From: Podarcis gaigeae
Taxonomy: Eukaryota
Assembly (NCBI GenBank): GCA_964106915.2
Contig: OZ066914.1
DNA length: 64,000 nucleotides
Reading direction: 5' to 3' (one strand)
Below, in pieces: positions 57,268 to 64,000 of the stretch. Position numbers and translations under genes: made by a program. Position 1 is the first letter of the stretch. Each line of letters begins with the position of its first letter. The notes below the pieces were generated by a model, which searched no databases, was not told where the DNA came from, and saw only the letters and a list, made by a program, of their open reading frames with translations.

Positions 57268-60200
57268 TTGTAGTGGGACAGCTGCAACCAAAGATTTGGA
57301 AACTCACTAAATAATGTATGATCCACCCCAATCCCATCCAGTGGGGGGAGGGGGGTAAATGCCTGTTTATACAATTGGTAAAATCAAGTAACAAGATACA
57401 AGCTTGAGAGAGGGGAGGTGCATGCTTGAATCTGACACATACAGTCCTTGGCACTTAGTAAACCAGTATGCCAGGCCGAGTTCTAGGGCAGAGCCCATCT
57501 CCCTGACAACCCTTTTTATGGGTCAGGAAATATTTCACAGGTGACTATTCAGAAATGGAACCACCTACTTGTAGCCTGAAGTTAAGCTTTTTCTCTTTGG
57601 GGACAGACTCAATCACTTGATGCTGCTGACTGTACAAACTTGCCCTGACTAACCGACTATTTGCTCTGCTAAGGGGTAGAAGTACTGTGGCAGCCATTTT
57701 GTCATGACCATGGAACTCGGCTGTACGGGATTCTGGGGGTTTTCCTTCTGCACCTTGAGAAAGTGTGGCCAATGTTCCAGCGCAATGTCATGATCAGCAT
57801 GAAAAGGGAACGTGAACTCTGAGGGGACAGGCCTGTCTCTTTCCTGCTCTCTGATATCACAGTTTGTTAAAGCCATTGCCAGCATTAGACTCTGTGGGCT
57901 GTGTCAGAATTCAAAAGGAAAAGACTGGTGGGCCTAGAGAGTGTGTCATAAATATATATTTTTTTAAAAAATGGGTCAGCATTGCTTCCTGGGCCTCCTG
58001 AGTGCCAGTCAGCTGACTAAGCGATGATGGTTTTGCAAAAACATTTCACGGTGTGCTGCAAAACCGCCACGTGGTCCCAAAGGCTGCTTTGTGTGTCACA
58101 GAATCCCTATAGAGGAAGTATCTCCGGCCTGGTGACAGATGTGCAGCCTCCGCAGAGATCACATGTGACAACTTGCATACGCAGGCTTCCTTGATGCTGA
58201 TGGGAATCTGTGGGAAACAAAGAGTACACATGTGCTTTTCCACACAAGGCATTATTCTGCAGGTGGATGCAGTCAAAAGAGTCACTTGCCCATATCAGCT
58301 GGTGTCTCGACAGAGCCCTGAGATATGGTAACTTGGCTAAAGTGATAATTAAGACAGGTTTTGAAAATGACTTTTCCAGGTTCAACTTCAGCTGCTGTAA
58401 AGTCTACAAAAGGGCATCGCTTCCAGAGTCAGAACATGAATACCCCTAGTTTTATAAACCAAGGTCTTGTTCAATTGCTTGGTCCTTCAAACGTCTCTGA
58501 GCATAGAATTGCTTGTCAAAATGGGCAGTGCTTGGTAGGTGGGAAGAAAGTTGGTGGCTGTTCATTTTTGCTTTGCTCCTTGGTGGTGTTTTCCTTTCTG
58601 ACACAGGAAGTGATCTGAGGCATCACTCTGTTGAGACACTGAAGAAGAAGAGCTGCTTAAGAAGGCACAGGTCAGAGAGTTTTGATGGGAGAAGAATTAA
58701 AATGGAGGAATAACAGTAACAAAAAACAAACAAAACCAGAAGTCATGAGCATAGTGGATTGAAACTTCAGTGTCCGGAGCCCCACAGGAGATGAATAGCC
58801 TGACTGTCCCCGTTTACTTCAGAGTGATGTGTCCACAGTTCAAAGGGTGAGGGGCGGGGAAGCTTCACTAGGCCGCTGTTGGTTTGGTGGTGGGTTCCCT
58901 AACATTGTTGGACTACAACTCCCATCATGACTGCTCATGCAGCATGGTGGCAAGGAGTTGGAAGTCTAATATGTGGAGTTGACCAGGCTGGTGAAGGCAG
59001 TTGTCTGTTTTGCAGTTGATACATTTGTAGATGCTGTCTGGATATGAGGGGCCATCACTGACCAAGTGCTTGACCATACATTGCTTGTTGAATCTTTCTG
59101 TGCTGTCATCATTTGGGGCTGGTTTTGGAGATTGCTCTTAATTTGTTTAGTGGTGGGGAGGGAAGGAAGAGTCCTACTCCTTCTACTGCGGTTGATGACT
59201 GCACTTAACTTTCTGTCAAAGCCAACATGACATTCACCTTGTCTTTAGCTATGTCAGATTTTTTTAAAAAATAACACCAGGTAACAGGAACACAATCTTC
59301 ACCAGGACCACAGTGCTTGGGGTGGGAGGAGTTCAAGCCTTTCCTTCCCCTGCTAAGGCTACAGCTGTTTTGGTATTAATTCCTGACTTGGTTGCTGAAG
59401 ACACAGATCTAGTGGGCTGGAAAATGTGTTTGTAAAGCAACCCCTGGCCCTCTTTTACACCCGGAGATAGATGCTGTGTGGTTTCTCTTTAGAGTAGCAG
59501 CTCCATGAACTGCTTAGTAGCTGACAATGGGAAACAGGGTGCCTGTACCCTTTGAATAGTTGTGTTAGAACTGGGAGTTTTTGCAGTTGCAGCTCAGCTT
59601 TGCTCAGCTGGACGTGACAAAGTCATCTACTCAAATCTCCCCCTGCTCTTTCTTCTTCCACTACTATTTATGTATGCAGGAGCCCCACCCTCCATTTCAA
59701 CTAGTTAGCTAGCAATATTATTAAGGCAGGAATTTTCCCTAAACATTTCAGCAAACTGCCCATTGTCTTCTCTTAGCGTGTATTGGAGCCACCCTAATTA
59801 GTGTGCACGCAATTTTCTATTCTTGAGGTGGCACTTTTGTACATTGATTCCAAAGTACTTCCAGGTGCTTCTACCTGTTGCTACAGTGAGGAACAGTTGC
59901 TGGCAACCAGGAAACACAACAGGAAATGCTAATTTAGAGACACTGTATTGCAGGGTTATAGATCTATAGGAGCGTTTTTTTGGTTGGACGATACTTCTGT
60001 TATCTGGGCCAATCCTGCTAACCCATGTAATGCTAGTACTAATCTCAGTGGGCCTCTATAAGGACATAATAGCCCTGCTTGATCAGACCAAAGGCCTTTT
60101 TAATCCAGCATTCTGTGATGCTGAGACGAAAATTTTTCGTTGCGAAATGGTTGTTGCAGTGGGCATGCAATATTCTAACTTGAACCCCTTCCAGAATATT

Positions 60201-61178
60201 GATTTCCCCCTCTGACCAAGAGTCCTGAGGTTCTTGTGCTGTGCCTGCCTCTGTTTCTAGTCTGACATCTTTCAAGAAGGGGATAATGGGCCCTGGAAAA
60301 TGACTGTTGAAGGGGAAAAGAACAGGCTTTTTGTAATTATGGCTCTTTACAGAAAAACTAGTGTGACTCATCTATTTGGTGTAGGGTGGATATCTTTCAG
60401 CAGCACAGACAGGAAAATAAAAGGGACAGATTAAATTTCTAGGCTTCTGGAGAGAGGAAGAGATGACAAATGCTGGAAGGGGAGCAGAAATCCAGCAATT
60501 GCAGTGGTCAAGTTTATTAGAACCAGTAGGACCCCCAACAAAATATGGAAGTACACCCCCAAAAAATCCCTTTTCTCCACGACTCCAGCCTTTAGCTAGA
60601 AGGCATTTAAGCTAGCCAATTGTTTATTTCCCTCATTGGCAATCAATATTCCGTGGTTCCTGGAAGCCATTAAGCATGCTCAATACTCATTGGTCTGGGT
60701 TGTGGGAGTTTTGAGAGAATGGATTCCCCTTTGAAACAGCCCCAGGACTCAGCTACATTAGTAAACAACAACAACAGCAGCAACAGCTTTGTAAATGCAT
60801 TATAAACATGTGACACCAGATGGCACTATAGAGCACAAAACTTTTCTTAATATTCCCCCACATTCTAGCCTTTTGGGGCCTTTTGAAATTGAGTGATTTG
60901 AGCTCACTGTTAAAAGGAACAAGTGTGGCCTGCAACAAAATGTTGCAGTGTGTTCTGATACCCTAAGAGATGTGTGCTTGATGGTGGCTCCAGAGCCTTG
61001 CTGGTGCTGCTCAGTGTGAAGGTGGAGTTTCAGGAGTGGGATGAAAGAAAGGGGGGGATTCTGTCCCCACTCATAACTACGTAAATTGTATTTAATTCGC
61101 CAGGGTTTACTCCCAGCGAAAGGAGGTTAAGATTACATCAAAACTTTCCCTTTCCCTGCTGGAAAAGCCAAGTGCTTT

Positions 61179-61184
61179 CACACA

Positions 61185-61234
<50 letters not shown>
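61179..61234. repeat. Compound (CA)n(GA)n microsatellite
   Basis: Read directly from the sequence. Confidence 0.9.
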
Positions 61235-61237
<3 letters not shown>

Positions 61238-62818
61238 AGATTTATGCATTCATTCCAATGAATTCATTCCCCCACTCCTCTCTGCCCTGAATTTATCAGT
61301 GTTCTGTTTGTTTGTTGTAATTTTTACAGTAAAGTTGCTTGTTTCTGTTGTACTGCTCCAGAAGAAACAGCCCTCTCAAAGAAGCCCCCCCCCAGACAAT
61401 GTGGCTATGGATCTGTTCTCTCCCCCTCCCCCTTTATAAATTATTGGCTTTGTTATTCTGCTTCCTCCTTTTCTTTGCTTGCACATACCAAACAGCTTAG
61501 TGCAAGCTAGTAATTTGGAAGGGGAGAATGCCACTGCAGCTTGCTAAACAAAGTGAAAAGAGGGGGTGGAGGAGTGTGGGGGCTGGCTTTCTCAGCCGTG
61601 TTTGCAAGTTCTCTCCTCGGTACAGGGTGCTGCGCTGGGAGAACTATGAATAAAAAGGCCACAGATAAATGGCATAGGAAGGGGGAATGGCGAAAACCAA
61701 GAGGGCTGCCATTACGAGTTCACTTAGGAACATAGGTAGCTGCCTTATGTGGACTCTGACCAGCTGCTCCACCTTGCTCTGCGTTGACCGGCAGAAGAGG
61801 CTCACCAGGGTTCTTTCTGGAGATTGCAAAGATTGAACTGGGTCTGTCTGCATGCAAAGCAGATGCTTCTACCACTGAGCTTTGGCTCTTTCCAATCACT
61901 TTAAAATTTGGGGAACGTGGCTAAAGTGCTTGCCCTGCATTCATCCTATGCTGCCTAATACGTTCTATCCTAAATTTTACAATGATGGTATATGTTATGT
62001 AATAAGGGGTTTAACGCCCTTGTCCAGGTGCACAACTCCAGGAGAAAAGTACAAACCATGTAGCTGGGTGCAGATTAATCAAAATCTCCATTCTATCAAC
62101 CATCCACCCCCACTCAAGCTGCCAGATCACTGACCCACCTACCCCCTTGGAGGCTCTTACTTCCTAGTAACCTCTTCTTGGAAAAGGAAGCTTTATCCAA
62201 GATACAACATTTTAGGATCTGTAATATCAAGCCCCCCCCAATCCTGGTATTTGGAGGCAGAATACTTGCTCTGTGATGCTTAATCTGTGGTGGTTCATTC
62301 GTTGGTGCTTCAGTGATGACCAAGCTGAGCTTTCTTTTTTCAAGTCCTGGTTGGCTGAGTCATAAGTAACTAAAAGGCCTCCTCTAGTCTATTTATGGCT
62401 AGGCTTTTAATTTCTAGCTATTTCAAACTAAGTGCTAGCGAAAGCAGCTCATAGGGGAATAGTTAGCAGTCCCCCTCCCACTCTTTGTCTGCTCAAAATT
62501 GCAGCCTCCCAAAGGTGCTTTGGTGCACCAGGGGACACTGGTGAGCTGCAAATACAATTTAAGACATGCTGCACTGTTAGAATCTGATGTTTTTCTATGG
62601 ACTGTGGGTTATGGAGCTTTGATATGTGCCGGTTGTGGCAGGTCTCTTGCTAGAGTGGTGTGGTGGGTGCAGATCTCTGGAGGTGGGATGGGGAGCAGGG
62701 ATTGTTAAAGAAAAGCTGTTCATGCTTTTTGAGTGTGCACGTGTGAATGGGCCATGTCCTGTTTGATGGGGACCCAGCACTGCCTGCCTTTTCACCTCCC
62801 TTTGGGGAAATAATAGAA

Positions 62819-62820
62819 GT

Positions 62821-62874
<54 letters not shown>
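62819..62874. repeat. Compound (GT)n(GA)n microsatellite
   Basis: Read directly from the sequence. Confidence 0.9.
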
Positions 62875-62878
<4 letters not shown>

Positions 62879-63855
62879 GAATCAAAATGCAGTTATAAAA
62901 CTCCCTTGCTCAAAAAAGGTAATCTAGTTTAAATATTGCATAGAAATGTACTGTCACAACCCTGTTTTGAAAGATAAAAATACATAAACTCTTTCCATCT
63001 TGGAAGAGGATGATGGGAGAGGATTGCCAGGAGATTTTCATTTTCTTTTTTTGCTGGATATATTATAGGTCTATATTTAACTTTGTTGGTGGAAAAACTG
63101 TATGCAGCTGTTCCTGAAACCTCCAGCAGTTTTGCTGTGGTAGCAATGATGGCCTGCCTGTCTCTCCTGGTGCTTTCACCCAACATGTAGTAGACGGCAC
63201 CATTAGAAGAGACCCTGACTTAGGCCAATGACCCATCAAGACCAGCACCCTACTCTCACAGTGGCCAATCAAATGTCTGTGAGAAGCCAGCAAACTGGTT
63301 CTGAGTGCAATAGTATTCAGCCCACCTGCAGTTTTCATGAACTGGTAGTCAGAGGCATAGTGCCTCTGACAATGGAGGGTGCCCCCTGACTTGTCCCCTC
63401 TATGCTAGCTTTCTGCCCTGGGTGTGTTGGAAGATGCTGCCCTGTCTTGAAGTATGATTGACCTATTAGCATCATTATATAAAATGGACAAGGGAGGGAA
63501 TGCACCTGCCTTGGGCAGCAAAATGTATTGAGCTGGCCGTGCTAGTTGAAAACCTTTCCTAAATGTTATTTGACCTGGGATGGAGACTGGGGAAAAGCTT
63601 ACCTTGCAACATTCTTGAAAGGGCCATGGGCCATCTAAGACCTTGCCAACAAGTTTTGATCAATTCCATCATTCCAATGACCTTTGGATGCTGCATTGCG
63701 CTTTTTCAAGGGCAACAGAAATAATCCAATATTTTCCCATCACACATTGTTTGTGGGACACACACACACACCCCAAGATTTCATTGTGGATTTGTGAAAG
63801 CTTATTATCAAGGACCTCTAAAATGGAGGCTGCAAATTTAAGAACACCTATCAAT

Positions 63856-64000
63856 GTAGATAAATAGGGACCGCTTACCAGCGGGAAGGTAAACGGCGTT
63901 TCCGTGTGCAGCTCTGGCTCGCCAGATGCAGCTTTGTCACGCTGGCCACGTGACCTGGAAGTGTCTCCGGACAGCGCTGGCCCCTGGCCACTTAAGTGAG
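63856..64000 (+). mobile_element. 5'-truncated Sauria SINE running off the window
   Basis: Close reverse complement of 12917-13061 (GTAGATAAATAGGGACCGCTTACCAGCGGGAAGG...). Confidence 0.9.

Noticed and set aside
60396-60412. REST/NRSE-like site TTCAGCAGCACAGACAG
   Set aside because: Two mismatches fall at strongly conserved core positions (CACC and GGACAG); likely chance.
53505-64000. CEND1 coding exon
   Set aside because: No ORF with the Pro/Lys/Ala-rich body and C-terminal transmembrane tail is present. If the gene is here, its CDS lies beyond the window.

Overview
Eukaryotic vertebrate genomic DNA, almost certainly a squamate reptile. Sauria SINEs, CR1, L2, L1 and hAT/Tigger MITEs point to a lizard, probably a lacertid (inference). 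The only protein-coding gene I can firmly support is SLC25A22 (mitochondrial glutamate/H+ carrier GC1) on the + strand. It has 9 coding exons from 8062 to 38644, all with GT-AG introns and consistent phases, giving a 969-nt CDS (322 aa + stop). Its promoter appears to lie upstream of the window, and several downstream poly(A) signals suggest a long 3' UTR. A CpG island at about 52.5-53.5 kb looks like the promoter of the next gene (CEND1 by human synteny, but no CEND1 coding sequence is visible) and may be bidirectional. Most other ORFs in the track are either retroelement remnants or unrecognisable and probably spurious. The most unusual structures are: (i) a TSD-bounded ~1.2-kb non-coding element with L1-like 5' and 3' ends, interrupted by a nearly intact RT-encoding LINE; (ii) a three-level L2 > hAT MITE > Sauria SINE nest; (iii) a template-switch hairpin in a CR1; and (iv) a candidate antisense micro-exon at the CpG island. 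I found no evidence of a new multi-gene system, no CRISPR and no tRNA/rRNA genes.
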